A stretch of DNA of 64,000 nucleotides from the human T2T-CHM13v2.0 reference genome, Homo sapiens, in NCBI RefSeq assembly GCF_009914755.1, contig NC_060930.1; one strand, given 5' to 3'. Numbering within the stretch: the stretch's first letter is position 1; each line of letters starts with the position of its first letter. The translations under genes were made by a program, and so were the position numbers. The notes beneath the pieces were generated by a model. The model had not been told where the DNA came from and searched no databases. It was given only the letters and a program-made list of their open reading frames with translations. Shown here piece after piece: positions 42,885-57,646 of this stretch.

Positions 42885-43462
42885 TCCTGGCCATTTTAAT
42901 AGGCATATCTAATAATGTTGGTATCTCATCACGGCTTCAATTTGCAATTCCCCAATGGCTAGTGCTGTTGAACATCTTTTCATTTGCTTATTTTCCAACC
43001 CCTATATTCTCACTAGTTGAGTAATTGTTTCTTATTTTAGTTCAGATGTAGAACATTGCCAGCCTAGAGTCAAGGCTAGGAAGTTGAAATTGGGGATGGG
43101 GGATAAAGGGCATTTGGTATTAGCAGAGAGGTGGGATACTTTAGGGACTGTGAATTGTTAGTTCAGTCACAATCAAATAGCCCTTTGAATTTAGTTCTGA
43201 AATTGGGGTCTGTCCTTGGGGTTATGCTTTTTGTGTCATGTTAAGAAAAATCAGTGCTTGAGTGAGATATGTATTTTGCTAGAGACTGTTAAAATATATG
43301 AATGTTATTCTGAAGGGAATAGGTGAACTAATTGCTACCCCTTTACATACTTGCTCATAGCATTAAGTAGCTAGTAAAAAACCAGAATCCAGAAGACATT
43401 GGATTAAAGGTTGTCTATAAATAAGATATGGAAAACGAAAGTAATTTTGTATGTAATGTTAG

Positions 43463-43801
<339 letters not shown>

Positions 43802-44398
43802 AGGAGTTTCTTAAATCTTGAAAAGCTACTGTTGTTAGAAGCAAATGAGGCTAAAAGACAAAGAAAATAAATCTCTTAATGTAGGTTTTGTAGATTCTTT
43901 GGATAATTTTTAAGTGTATCCTCTGTTGACTTCAGGCATTTACTTCAAATAATCTTATCTTAGTTTTAATGGGACTGATTGTAGAACATCAAAACAGAAA
44001 AGCTTTTGCATGTTTTTGAAGATCTATTATCCTTTCATATCAGATTGCTTTTTCATATAGCATTCATAACTGGATTTTAGGTTATATAATTTTAGGGAGA
44101 GTTTAAGAGTGAACATGTGTACACACACAGACACACACACAATCTTCGTCGTGTCCCTTTTCTTTTTTCTTTGGGTTTGACATTTCTTCTCATCTGTTTT
44201 ATTGCCTCTTTTTTTTAATGTGTCCAAATAGAGATTTGTACTATTCTTAGGTTTCTGTTATATGTAGCACAATGGAAAGCACACTCAGAGAAGCATTGCC
44301 ATTTCTCTGGTGGTCGCATAACCTAACTATCTGTCCCCAATTTAGATAACAACTGTGAACTACCTCAGTTCTGATTTCAGTGTCCTGACATGCTTTTA

Positions 44399-44699
<301 letters not shown>

Positions 44700-46032
44700 T
44701 GTGATTTGTTTTGTTTGAGCAGTTCATTTTTGAGAGATAAACCTAGGGATTGTAAGTCATCATGCACCTAATGATACTTTCATAGAAAAGCTGCTAAATG
44801 TGTGCTGATATTGTGGCCTAGGTCTAGTTTTGATAACTTCACTGTGTTTACCTTATCTCTCTTCCTTCACTAATGAAGATAACATTGTTTCATTCTTATG
44901 AGATTCCTGTGTATGTGTGTGTATGTTTTATTTCTGTATATATTTTGGACTTAGTAAAATTGCATGGGTAGTTGTGGCTGAAAGGGAGTGAAACTGAAGC
45001 AGTCTTCTTAGATCACTGCAACATTTGGGTCTAATGTAGGTATTTTAGGATATTAAAAACATTAATTTTCTTCCTTAATATGAATGTATTCTAAGCCAAG
45101 TAATATGTTATCACCAATTTAGCCTTTTTACATATGAGATGAATGAAATACTGGCATTTGAGGTTTCTTTTTGTTTGTGACAGAGGAGGAAGTAAGATTA
45201 TAAATTTGCCAACAATTGGACTAAATGAAGTTGGAAGTAAAGTGAGAAAACTTTCCATTTTTGGGGGGGGTTGGGTAAGTTATATAATTACTTTCATGAA
45301 AGGAATTTGTTTAGATTCTACTGAAAATGGCAAAGGAGGAAATTTCAAAACAGGATATGTATGTGGAAATACTAAGAATTGTATTCATATTTTTCTTCGA
45401 AGTCAGAAGACTGAAGGGCATTGAATGAGAAATCTGGGAGGCAGGAGTTCAGTTCTACTTGTTCTGTGACGGGCACTATTAAACCTAAAAAGAGTGGACA
45501 CTTAATAGCTTCTCAGAAAATGTACAAAAAGAAAATCTGTTTGCCTTGATTATAGCCAATTAGCAAGTGAAGTGTTTGCACTTTAAAAAAAGTCCTTAGT
45601 GTTATTATGGCATTAAAATAAAATTTTTATATTTTCCATTTTAATGTTAAGAATATGACAGTTAAAAATAGTTTTGAGAAGAATTTCTGTAATTCACAGG
45701 TTAACATGATCATATGTTCAGATTTTTCTTTTTAAGACCTTATATACCTCACAGGATGTTAAGCTTTTAAAAAAATTCCTGTAGAACATTGAAGAACTGA
45801 GTAGTCCTTTGTCATCTACATAGCAGGCAGTCAAATATTTGTTTCTTTGATCTGAAAACTAAATTTTGCTGTAGTTAAGCTGTATTAGCAGAATGCCCAA
45901 AGGCTAGTCTAACTCCATATCATAATCTAAACAGGAACATTTACTAGAAGCAGTTAGGACTTTTAGTTCACAATACAAGTAATACAGCTTTTTCTAAATT
46001 CTACCATTAGTACTTGCAGGTACCTGCTAAAT

Positions 46033-46226
46033 CAGGAGTTGACACACTAAAGCCATTCAAGCCAAATATAGCCAGCTGCTTATTTTGTAAATAAAATTTT
46101 ATTGGAACACAGTCATGCCTATTCGTTATGTATTGTGTATGGTTTCAGTGGCAGTGTTAAATAGTTGTGACAGAGATCCTGTGGCCTTCACAGCTAAAAC
46201 ATTTACTATCACATTGCCAACCCCAG
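46033..46226 (+). mobile_element. MER58A (hAT-Charlie MITE) with a perfect 8-bp TSD
   Basis: tttgtaaataaaattttattggaacacagtcatgcc; TSD tgctaaat at 46025-46032 and 46227-46234. Confidence 0.9.
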
Positions 46227-46276
46227 TGCTAAATGATGGCATGAAAAAAATGTATATAAACCTTTGTTCTATTTTA

Positions 46277-46477
46277 TTTTATTTTAATTATTATTATACT
46301 TTAAGTTTTAGGGTACATGTGCACAATGTGCAGGTTAGTTACATATGTATACATGTGCCATGCTGGTGTGCTGCACCCATTAACGCGTCATTTAGTATTA
46401 GGTATATCTCCTAATGCTATCCCTCCCCCCTCCCCCCATCCCACAACAGTCCCCAGAGTGTGATGTTCCCCTTCCTG
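46277..46477 (-). mobile_element. Young L1PA (PA2/PA3-like), 200-bp 3' stub
   Basis: caggttagttacatatg, atgctggtgtgc, acagtccccagagtgtgatgttcccc; TSD tgttctatttta. Confidence 0.92.
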
Positions 46478-46872
46478 TGTTCTATTTTAAATAGTGTTGA
46501 AAGACTAGAACACTTTTAAAAAAATCAAACTATTGCTCTTACTGAAAGGAAGCAGAGCACATATTTTGTCCACTTTCGGAATCCTTAGGGGAGCAATTTG
46601 TTCCCTTGAGTATGAAGCAGAAGTTACTAAACAAACTTGACTTTAACTGCAGTTACATTATAACCTTAAAGAGCTGGCCAGAAGTTTCAATGGTTGAATA
46701 AAGGTGAAAAACTAGTGTCTTTACAGAAGTTAGTGGTTAAATTATTCAAGACACTCAAAACAGACATTTAAAACCATTTCTCTACATATTTTATTTGGTT
46801 TACAGTGTGTAGCAACTTATTTCACTTGTTTTATGGTATAAAAGTCATTCAAATTTCCTAAAGCTTGAATGA

Positions 46873-47365
<493 letters not shown>

Positions 47366-47742
47366 CTGATAACCATGTTATCAGTATGGTTTGCTTTTAT
47401 AATGCTTTATTGAAACTCCTCCAGTCACAAGGTGGCAGCTTTTGTTGAAAGCCATGTAATTGATTAAAGCCTTAAAAAAAAAATCTCAAGAATTTGCCCT
47501 GAAAAGCCCCAGTTTTTTTTCTGTAACACCAATAATTGACAAGTGATGCCATTCATGAGGTATCAGAATTGAAAACCAATCAAGGAAGTTACGTTTCTGA
47601 AGTAACATGGAAGTTACCCATATAGTAAAATCAATTTTAATTATTGAGTAAAAGTTAATTGAAGCACATTTCTTTTAATCTCTTGATTTATTTTTTTTCT
47701 TTCGCTTGACTGCCTTCTGCCATTTAACTATCTTCCTCCACC

Positions 47743-48206
47743 AGCTTGGGTTTCTGAAAGTGTAGTGTATTTTTTAATATATCAGAATCCTGGGTCTCTG
47801 CTCTCTCTCTCTTTTTTACTTTTCTTTTCTTTTTTTTCTTGCGACAGGGCCTTGCTCTGTCCCCCAGGCTGGATGGCACAATCTTGGCTCACTACAACCT
47901 CTGCCTCCTGGGCTCAAGTGATCCTCCCACCCCAGCCTCCGAGTAGCTGGGACTACAGGCACATGCCACCATACTCAGCTGATTTTTGTATTTTTTTTTT
48001 TGTTTTTGTAGATATGGAGTCTTGCCATGTTGCCCAGGCTGGTCTTGAACTCCTAGCCTCAAGTGATCCACCCACCTCAGCCTCCGAAAGTGCTGGGATT
48101 ATAGGCACTAGGCGGCATGCCTGGGCCCTCTACTCTGTTCTGAATAAAAAGTCTCTGGGGATGGACCCTAGGTGATTCATAGGCACACTGAAATCTGAGA
48201 ACCAGG
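47743..48206. mobile_element. MER5A-like hAT MITE split by an AluJ
   Basis: ggtttctgaaagtgtag...cagaatcctggg; ggtgattcataggcacactgaaatctgagaaccag. Confidence 0.6.
47802..48126 (-). mobile_element. AluJ-like
   Basis: gacagggccttgctctg...gggctcaagtgatcctcccacc. Confidence 0.93.
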
Positions 48207-48769
48207 TACAGGAAATAAAATTATTTGAAATGCAAACCATTGAATTTTATGACTTTTTCATTGCTTTTGGTAAGAGGCTGGACTGTGGAGGAGATGAAAA
48301 CTTGACCAAAAATGGATTTCTGTGAGCACCACAGAATTTGGTGAGGTTTAGTAGGACTCCGGAGGAATAACATTCGGGAAGGACAGGATGTCTGAACTGT
48401 ATGACCAGTCCTGTCCTTTTTGCTGTTCTCTCCCTGAGACTCTTTTTTCACCTGGATGATTCCTTCCCCTTTTAACCCCCAGCCAAAACTGTGCTTACAG
48501 TGATCAGGCAACAGCCTGATCATTCCAAAGGAAATTTTGAAACTGAGGAGAAACAAATACTTAAAAGAAGAAACATCATAAAAGTATGGACTTCTGAAAT
48601 ATGGGCTTCTGCTCCTAAGATCCTGTTGAAGGGACTGAAGAATTTATTGAGCCTCAGTTCTCTTTCTGCTAGTACCTGATGAGCTGGTGTAACCTGCCTG
48701 GCTGAACTTTGCCCCCAGTCTTCATCTCATGGGTACCTTCTTATTTATTGCCACATTGAGGCCATCTAT

Positions 48770-48898
48770 TGTCAAAGATAAACATAACCAGACATTTGTT
48801 AAAGTGGTACAAACAGATTTTATTCAGTAAGTACTGATAGTACGGGAAAGAGCTGAGCTCATTCCAATGTGCACAGGTGGTTTGGGCATTTTAAAGGG
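48770..48898 (-). mobile_element. ERV1 LTR fragment (MER67-like)
   Basis: tgtcaaag...gttaaagtggtacaaacagattttattcag...gaaagagctgagctc...gggcattttaaaggg. Confidence 0.6.
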
Positions 48899-49976
48899 TG
48901 TTTATTCTTTTAATGCACCAATGGGGTATATTATGTTTTTTGAGTGTAGTCACTGATCATTTTTAAATTTGGAATCCTCTACAGCTGATGCTTGATTTGC
49001 CTTGTCAGCATTTGCCAAATTACATTCAGAGGCTAGGAAAATTATGCCATCCCCTTTTCGTTGATAAAATTAGTTCTACATTCAGCTTGCAAGTTTTAAA
49101 TAATTTCTTCTCCCATCTCCTCTTTTTGTTCTGTTACCGTCTTCTCTTTTCCTGTTTATCTCTTCCTTGGATTCATTCCCTCCTCTTGTGTTTTAGGATG
49201 AGGAGGCTAATATTAGATTTTAGGGATTTTGCTTAGTTTGCCAACAGTGGTATTGACTGGGTTGTAATTTTTAAAAACCACTGGGACAGCTTGGTTTTAG
49301 ATGAAGAGGATTTCAGTGAGTAAAGGTATGAATAAACCACACCATATCTTATAAATCCTCATAAAGTCGCTAAGTCTCTTTCAGAACATAATGTGATTTG
49401 TCAGTTGTCACACTTTGTGAACTGCAGATGCCATCAATCATGAGAGAGAGAAATTCCTATTTAAATGTTTGATTATTTGTCTTCAGAAAATGTGATTTTC
49501 AACTATTTTAGTCACAAACCTTATAAGCAATAATGAATTGGACTCCCATTGGTAGTCCTGAACACTGGGGAGTGTTCATGAGTGAAATACAGACTGATTT
49601 AACTTAGTTGGATGCTGCTTACCTAGCTCTTAAGGCTTTAAAAGTTGTGCATTAGGCTGGAATGTTGATATGCGAAGGATTTGTAAAGAAATATATTTCT
49701 AGTTAGTGCATTTCATGTAAAGATTTAACCCTTTTTTGTTGTTGTGATAAACAGATTTATTTTCCCGAAAATGGACATTTTCTCTATAGATTATTTTCTT
49801 TTATTTAATTAAATTGCATATGCCCCAGGAGTCTCATGGGTATGTACACACTTAATAAATATTATTTTGTAGTTTGGTTTTGAAATTGGAACAAAGTGCT
49901 TACTACTTAAGATTCTCTCTTTCTTGTCACTGCAGTGTTAATAGAACATAATTACATACCTTATATAAAAACTTGG

Positions 49977-50387
49977 TGTATTAGTCCATTCTTGCATTGC
50001 TATAAGGAAATACTTGAGACTGGGTAATTTATAAAGAAAAGAGGTTTAATTGGCTCATGGTTCCACAGGCTGTACAGGAAGCGTGGCAACATCTGCTTCT
50101 GGGGAGGCATCAGGGAGCTTTTACTCATGGCAGAAGGCAAAACAGGAGTAGGTGTCTTACATGGCAGGAGCAGGAGCAAGGAGAGGGGCAGGCACTGGAC
50201 ACTTAAACAACTAGATCTCAAGAAAACTCAGTCACTGTTACAAGAGCAGCGCCAAGGGCATTGTGGTAAACCATTCATGAGAAATCCACTTGCATGACCC
50301 AGTGACCTCTCACCAGGTTCCACCTCCAACAATGGGGACTACAGTTTGGCATGAGAGTTGATAGGGACACAGATCCAAATCATATCC
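49977..50387 (-). mobile_element. MaLR solo LTR (MSTA-like)
   Basis: tgtattagtccattcttgcattgctataagg...gatccaaatcatatc; 5-bp near-TSD cttgg/ctagg. Confidence 0.93.
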
Positions 50388-50703
50388 CTAGGTATTCTAT
50401 TTTGCTTAGAGACTATCATTATTTCTCCCTACCTTTATTCACTCATTCTTTGTCATCTTCCATTACTCTGTTTTCACCTGGTGGGCTCTCTATGTGCTCC
50501 TGCTCAAACTTTCTCTCCTACTCTTTACTTAGCACAGAGCTGAGGTGACAGAGGTAAAATCATAGAGTGACACAGGAACAAAAAGTTTTTTTGAGGAGGG
50601 AGTAAGACCTAGATCTCATTTTCAGTATAGAATTTTATGAGATAAAGTGATTGAGAGATTATCTGTACATTAACAACTAACAAAGATCCTTGGGAAGGAT
50701 TCC

Positions 50704-50997
50704 TTTTTTTTTTTTTTTTTTTTTAAGACAGGGTCTTACTCTGTCATTCAGGCTGGAGTGCAAAGGTGCGATCTTGGCTCACTGCAGCCTCGAACTCCTG
50801 GGCTCAAGCGTTCCTCCTACCTAGCCTCTCGAGTAGCTAGGACGAAAGGCAGGTAGCACCACGCCTGGCTAATTTTTGTATATCTGGTAGGGATGGGGTT
50901 TCACCATGTTGCCCAGGCTGGTTTTGAACTCAAGTGATCTGCCTGCCTTAGCTTCCCCAAATGCTGGAATTACAGGCATGAGCCACCCTGCCTGGAC
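50704..50997 (-). mobile_element. AluJ-like
   Basis: agacagggtcttactctg...cactgcagcctcgaactcctgggctcaagcg; near-TSD ggaaggatt/ggaaagatt. Confidence 0.93.
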
Positions 50998-51694
50998 AGG
51001 AAAGATTTTAAAGTACATTCTTTCCCTGAATCCTACTCCATAGTTACATGGTTATTGGTCACTGAAAGAGGAAGTTAGATTTTTCCCAACAACATTTTAA
51101 AATTATGGTTTAAAAAAATCAGTTTTCAACTTTGAAACATTTTCTGTGTCGTCTTTTGTTTAAAAGAATCAACTAAAAATCCATTAGATATTTTTCTCAA
51201 ATATATAATTTGTTCTTTTAGATTTTTTTAAAACCTCATAAATGTAAAATTCACTTTTTAATATTGTATCTGTGATGAGTTTTCTCTGCAACAATGTTTA
51301 GCTTTACAAATTCTGCTACTTTAAAACAAAACATACTTCAAGGAATTGTTACTGTTTGTGGCTGGGTTTACATACTCTTGAATCTGAGGGACTGTTATGA
51401 AAGGAAATGAAAAGATGGAAAATTGTTGCTAAAAATAATATATAGGAAGTGCTTTACTGGCTCTTACATCTTCAATAAAGAGCTGATGGCTTCTGAAATG
51501 ACCAGCTTTGATGAATGTGATTATACTTTAAAATTAAGGTATTTTAGAAATCATCTCAAATCTGAATATTGGTACATAAGAAGTTATATTACCTAAGCAT
51601 TAAGGGAAATGGAATACATTTAAATACTCTTGGAAAGACTTAGTTTAAAAAGATCAATTTCTGAAACTTGGAGAATTTTATGGAGTCTATTTAA

Positions 51695-52099
<405 letters not shown>

Positions 52100-52424
52100 T
52101 AGTCACTATTGGGTTTTTGAGGAGTTCAGCAGTCATAACTTGGATTTATTACATTGTTTAGATGAAACTCTTTATTATTTAAAAACATTTTTAGTCATGG
52201 TCACTTTGGCTTTGGGTTTGTGGTTGAAGACTTTAGATATTTTGTCTTTTTAGTGGAATTGGCAGTATTGTATAGAAAAACTTAAATATGCATTTTACCT
52301 TTTTTATTTAATTGAATCTAACCTTGGAAAACCTTTCTGTTTCTGAGCGTTCTCTGTATTCTGGCCAGTAGTTTGAATTATTTTACTACCTTTGCTCTGT
52401 GTTGAGAGGGTTGGACTGTCATGA

Positions 52425-52755
<331 letters not shown>

Positions 52756-53019
52756 GAGGTGTTCTTTTTTAATGTTAAACTTAGGTAAAATATGTTATTT
52801 CAGATTATGTAAAATATGTTTAAAGCACATGCCCAAATTTTAATTTTCATGCATCAAAAACACTGAAATTGACATCCAGAATTTTTTGAAGCATTTTAAT
52901 AAGGCTAATAATTAGATTATTAATTCAGAATTCAGGCTTACTTCCTGAATTAATTTAAAGTGGAAGACTTTGGAGTGGTTACTGCTCATTTAAAAATATT
53001 ATAAATTACATGTATATGC

Positions 53020-53200
53020 ATATAAATAAATATTTGTTCGCGTTTTTCTGTTGACTAGAGTAATATATGTTCTTTTCGGAAATTTCAGAAGATACAGAAA
53101 AGTACCAATAAGAAAATTAAAACTATTGAGAATCCCATCATGTAGAAGTAACCACCATTTACATTCTGGCAAATAAGCTGTTCATTACCTTTTCTAGCTC
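53020..53200 (-). mobile_element. L1ME remnant
   Basis: agtaatatatgttc...gaaatttcagaagatacagaaaagtac...aatcccatca...aaccaccatttacattctgg. Confidence 0.6.
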
Positions 53201-53312
53201 AAATTGTATTATATTTTATTTTTAGGAGGACCTTTTATTTTTTTCTTTTCCTTTTTTCCCCCAGACACCAGTGTTACTTGCCAACAGGAAGACATTTTAA
53301 ATCCACATTTTC

Positions 53313-53433
53313 TTTCTGTTTATTTATTTTTATTTTTTATTTCTTTTCAAGACAGAGTCTTGCTCTGTCGCTTAGGCTGCAGTGTTATAGTGTGATCATA
53401 GCTCACTGTAACCTTGAGTTCCTGGGCTCAAGC
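53313..53433 (-). mobile_element. Truncated AluJ/FLAM
   Basis: gatcatagctcactgtaaccttgagttcctgggctcaagc; TSD atccacattttc. Confidence 0.88.
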
Positions 53434-55711
53434 ATACATCCACATTTTCAACCAAGAATCCTGTAAACAGTCTTGATTATTTGTTGAGAGCAAGAGAGAC
53501 ATATATTAAAAAGAATTAGAAGTTAATACCTGGTTTAGGATCATATTCCTCTCTAATTTCCTCTTTTGAGAAAGTAATTGTAGTTGTTTGTAGATAGCTG
53601 ATTAACTTTGAAGCATATACATATATTCCTCTGTGCCCATGACTGAAGAGTTTTCTTTGGGTTTCAAGCTCTGCAGTATTCTCACTAACCCAGTCTTCAT
53701 GAAATCTTTTGACATTGAGGGAATACCTTTGACTTTTGACTGGCAGCACTGTGAACCATTCCATCAGCTAACAAGGTTTTACAGTAACTGTCTGTTGACC
53801 AAATTAAATTGCTTCCCAGGAGTCTTGTTCTCTGTGAAGCTGTCTCTGTCTAAATCTTTTCCCTATAGAATTTCCTACAGACAAATCTTGAAGTAAGACC
53901 TTTATGTTTGCCATTTAAACAGCAAAATTCAAACAATGCCCTGGTGCAAAATAAGTATAGCAGAACAGAAATTATGCTGATTTGGCATAAACAGTATCAG
54001 ATCCTCTCATTGAACCATCATGAATGTCTGCATCTCTGACTTAGCAACTGTGAAAGCTATTGAATTATAGGTTACTATTTATTGCTTGCTGAAGTCAAAT
54101 GCATTGTTTGTCATTTAATAAGAGTCAGTGACGTTGTGCTGATTGTCACTAGATAGGTCCCATTGCTCATCAATGTGTGAATGTGTATAGGTTGTTCACA
54201 ACTCTGTGCATTCTTTCATTGTCAAGCATAATTTAAAGAGAAGCCCAATCAAGAAGATAACCCCCTTGCTAGCTGCCAGAGCTGTAGCTCTCTTGTCTAT
54301 GACTTGTTCATTCTGCCAGACTTAATGGTTCAGACCTTTTTTCCCCGCTAGCTTTTTAGAGCTTACCAGGGAAATTGTAATAAATTCAGTGAGAGGAAAT
54401 GAGCCAGTACATTAACATTTTTCTTTTTTTTCTTTTTATTTGCTTTTTCATACTGAAAATAATGGTCTTTTTCTAAGGGAGGCAATAGCAAGTGATAGTA
54501 TGTAAATGGTTTTGGTTTTCATCAACATTTTTTTTGAACTAAGCAGTTAAGGAACAGTGGTCACATAAATACACCTACCATTCTGTACAGACATGGTTTC
54601 TGCTTTTACAAGTGTTATATGGTATTTTCAAAAAGGCAAAATCACTTAAGTCGGGAAATTAATGAGGAAATCATTAAGATATTATGACTGCCTCAAAGAA
54701 CATTTGAAAAGTTAGGCATACACAAGCAGTTTGTCAAATAAATGTTTCTGGATTAGAAGGAAAATTTGTTAATGCCCAAGTCAGCCATCATTCTTTGTAG
54801 ATATCTATTCCACCAGACAGAAATTATTTGCATCTCAATTAGTTGGAAATCTGCAAGTTAACAGGCAATTCAGTAAGTCTGAGACTTTAATCAAAGGTAA
54901 ACTGTGTGGTGCATTGAGTACTTTTGCTTGGAGTGCCTTTTGCCTCCCCATATAATATTAAAAAGATGTACCCAGTTGTTTTTTATATTTCTAAAGTTTT
55001 GGAAATATTTTCTGATATAAGCAGGAAAAGAAAAAAAAATAGGACATAATGTTTTCCTTTACTAACAAGAAACAAGAAAATGAAGAGGAACATATTAGGA
55101 AAAAGGATGGATTTGGCAAGAAAGTTTTACTTTGGTAATGTTTCATGTAAAAAACTAAATACATTTCATATTATTTCTATAATAAACAACTTCTTCCTTT
55201 TTCTCCTGGTCTGTAATTAGGTGCTTCTCCACCTAAGTGGAAAAGGTTAACTTGATTGAATTCATGTCTTAGGGCCTCTGTTTGTCCCACAACTGAGTGG
55301 GATGAACTCTTAGTAGAACTGTGATCTAGTTAGTTAACATTGTAGCAGATGACTTACTGAGTCATTTTCTATTTTGGTTCATTTGTGAGACACAGCTCAT
55401 GGCACAGGGAAGGATATACAAAGTATTCAATGAATAATTAATAGGAATATGTGCTATAGGAATTTACAAGAAGAAGGGGACTGAGATGAAGATGCTAAAA
55501 ATGTAAATAATTATGCAAAACAGCAGATGGGTAAGGGCCCAAAGGACTAGAGAATTATGGTCAGGAAGCATTTTTTTTCTCCAGGGAGGCAAACTTGCTG
55601 CAGCACCAATCCTCCTTTTGTCACCTAATTTAATCATGGTGGTATTTTTTTGGTTCTGTCATTGTTGTAGTAATTTTACTTGGTGGTGCCATTAAAAGTT
55701 AATTTAAATGG

Positions 55712-57145
55712 AATTTTTATTGTAAATTGGCAGTTTATAATTATACAAAGTTATGGGTCACAAAGTTATGTTATAATTTATGAATACAATGTGGAATAAT
55801 GAAATCAAGCTAGTTAATATGTCTGTCACCTCATTGGAATTTACTCTTAGCAAGTTTTGAAATGTGCAATACCCTGTTATTAACTATATTCATCATGCTG
55901 TGCAAGAGGACTCAAAGAAAAAAAAAATTTCTCTTAACTGATATTTTGTACCCTTTGATCATCATCTCCTTATAACTCCCACTCCCCCAGCCTCTGTAAC
56001 TACCTTCTATTCTCTGCTTCTGAGTTCGATTATTTTAGATTCCCCATGTGAGAACAGATGACTTTTTTTCACTTATCATGTTCTCTAATTCCATCCATAT
56101 TGTTGCAGACAACAGAACACCCTTCTTTTTGTAAGGCTGAATAGTACTCTATTGTGTATACATACCATATTTTCTTTATCCTTTCACCTGTTGATAGATA
56201 CTTAGGTTGATTCCATAATTTAGCTATTGTGAATAGTGCTTCAGTGGACATGGGAGTGCAGATACCTCCTCAGCCTACTGATTTCAAATCTTTTGGGTAA
56301 GTACCCAGAAGTAGGATTGCTGGATTTTGTGGTAATTCTATTTTTAGTTTTTTGAGGAATCCTTGTAACATTTTCCATATTTGCTGTATTAGTTTACATT
56401 CCTGCCAACGGTTTACAAGTGTTCCCTTTTACTCCATGCCCTTGCCACCACTTAATCCTTCATCTTTTTGATAAAAGCCATTCTGGCAGGTGTGAGATGG
56501 TATCTCATTGTGGTTTTGATTTTTCATTTTCCTAATAATTAGTGAAGTTGAACATTTTTTAAAAAATGTGTCTTTTGGCCATTTGCGTGTCTGCTCTTGA
56601 CAAATAATGTCTATTCTGGTCCCTTGCCCATTTTTAAACTGGATTTTTTTTGGTTTGTTTTCTTGCTATTGAGTTGTTTGAGCTTCTTATGCATTTTGGA
56701 TGTTAAACCCTTATCAGGCGTAACACTTGGAAATATTTTCTCCCAATTCATAGGTTGTCTCTGCATATTGTTGTTTCCTTGGCTGTGTAGAAGCTTTTTA
56801 GTTTGATGTAATCCCAGTTGTCTGTTTTGCATTTGTTGCCTGTGCTTTTGGGGTCAAATTAAAAAAAAAAGTGATTGCCTAGATCAATGTCATGTAGTTT
56901 TTCCCATATGTTGTCTTCTAGTAGTTTTAGAGTTTCTGGTCTTATGTTTAAGTCTTTAATTCATTTTGAGTTGATTTTTATATATGGTGTGAGATAAGGG
57001 TCCAAGTTCATTCTTCTGCATGTGGAAATCCAGTTTTCCCAGCACCATTTGTTGAATAGACCGTCCTTTTCCCATTGTATATTTTTGACACCTTTGTTTT
57101 AAATCAGTTGGCTGCACTTGTGCAGGTTTATTTCTGGGCTCTGTA
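55712..57145 (-). mobile_element. L1MA-like LINE-1 3' fragment
   Basis: aatcaagctagttaatatgtctgtcacctca 3' UTR; ORF2 C-terminal frames (ALFTIAKLWNQPK; RQPMNWEKIF). Confidence 0.9.
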
Positions 57146-57327
57146 TTTGGCCAATTTTTATTGGCCAAAATTACTTATATATTTAAAAATTTGGGTGATT
57201 CAAACACCTCTCAAAGTATATATGTTGGTGGCTAGACATAATCCTGTGTAGTCTTATGGTAGGCAGCTACTTAAATATGTATTTCCTAAAAGAATCATTT
57301 GAGTAGAATAAAAATTATGGTATTATA

Positions 57328-57646
<319 letters not shown>

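Larger units (their letters stand above)
41770..43030 (-). mobile_element. L1MC/MD-like remnant interrupted by two LTRs
   Basis: tttttatttggaaatgattttagactcac; aactaaactacagaccttattca; tatataaatggaatcatac; resumes at ctggccattttaataggc. Confidence 0.7.

Noticed and set aside
48221-48556. 111-aa minus-strand ORF in unique DNA (similar: 58250-58618, 60668-61087)
   Set aside because: No recognisable domain or splice context, and opposite to the inferred host strand.
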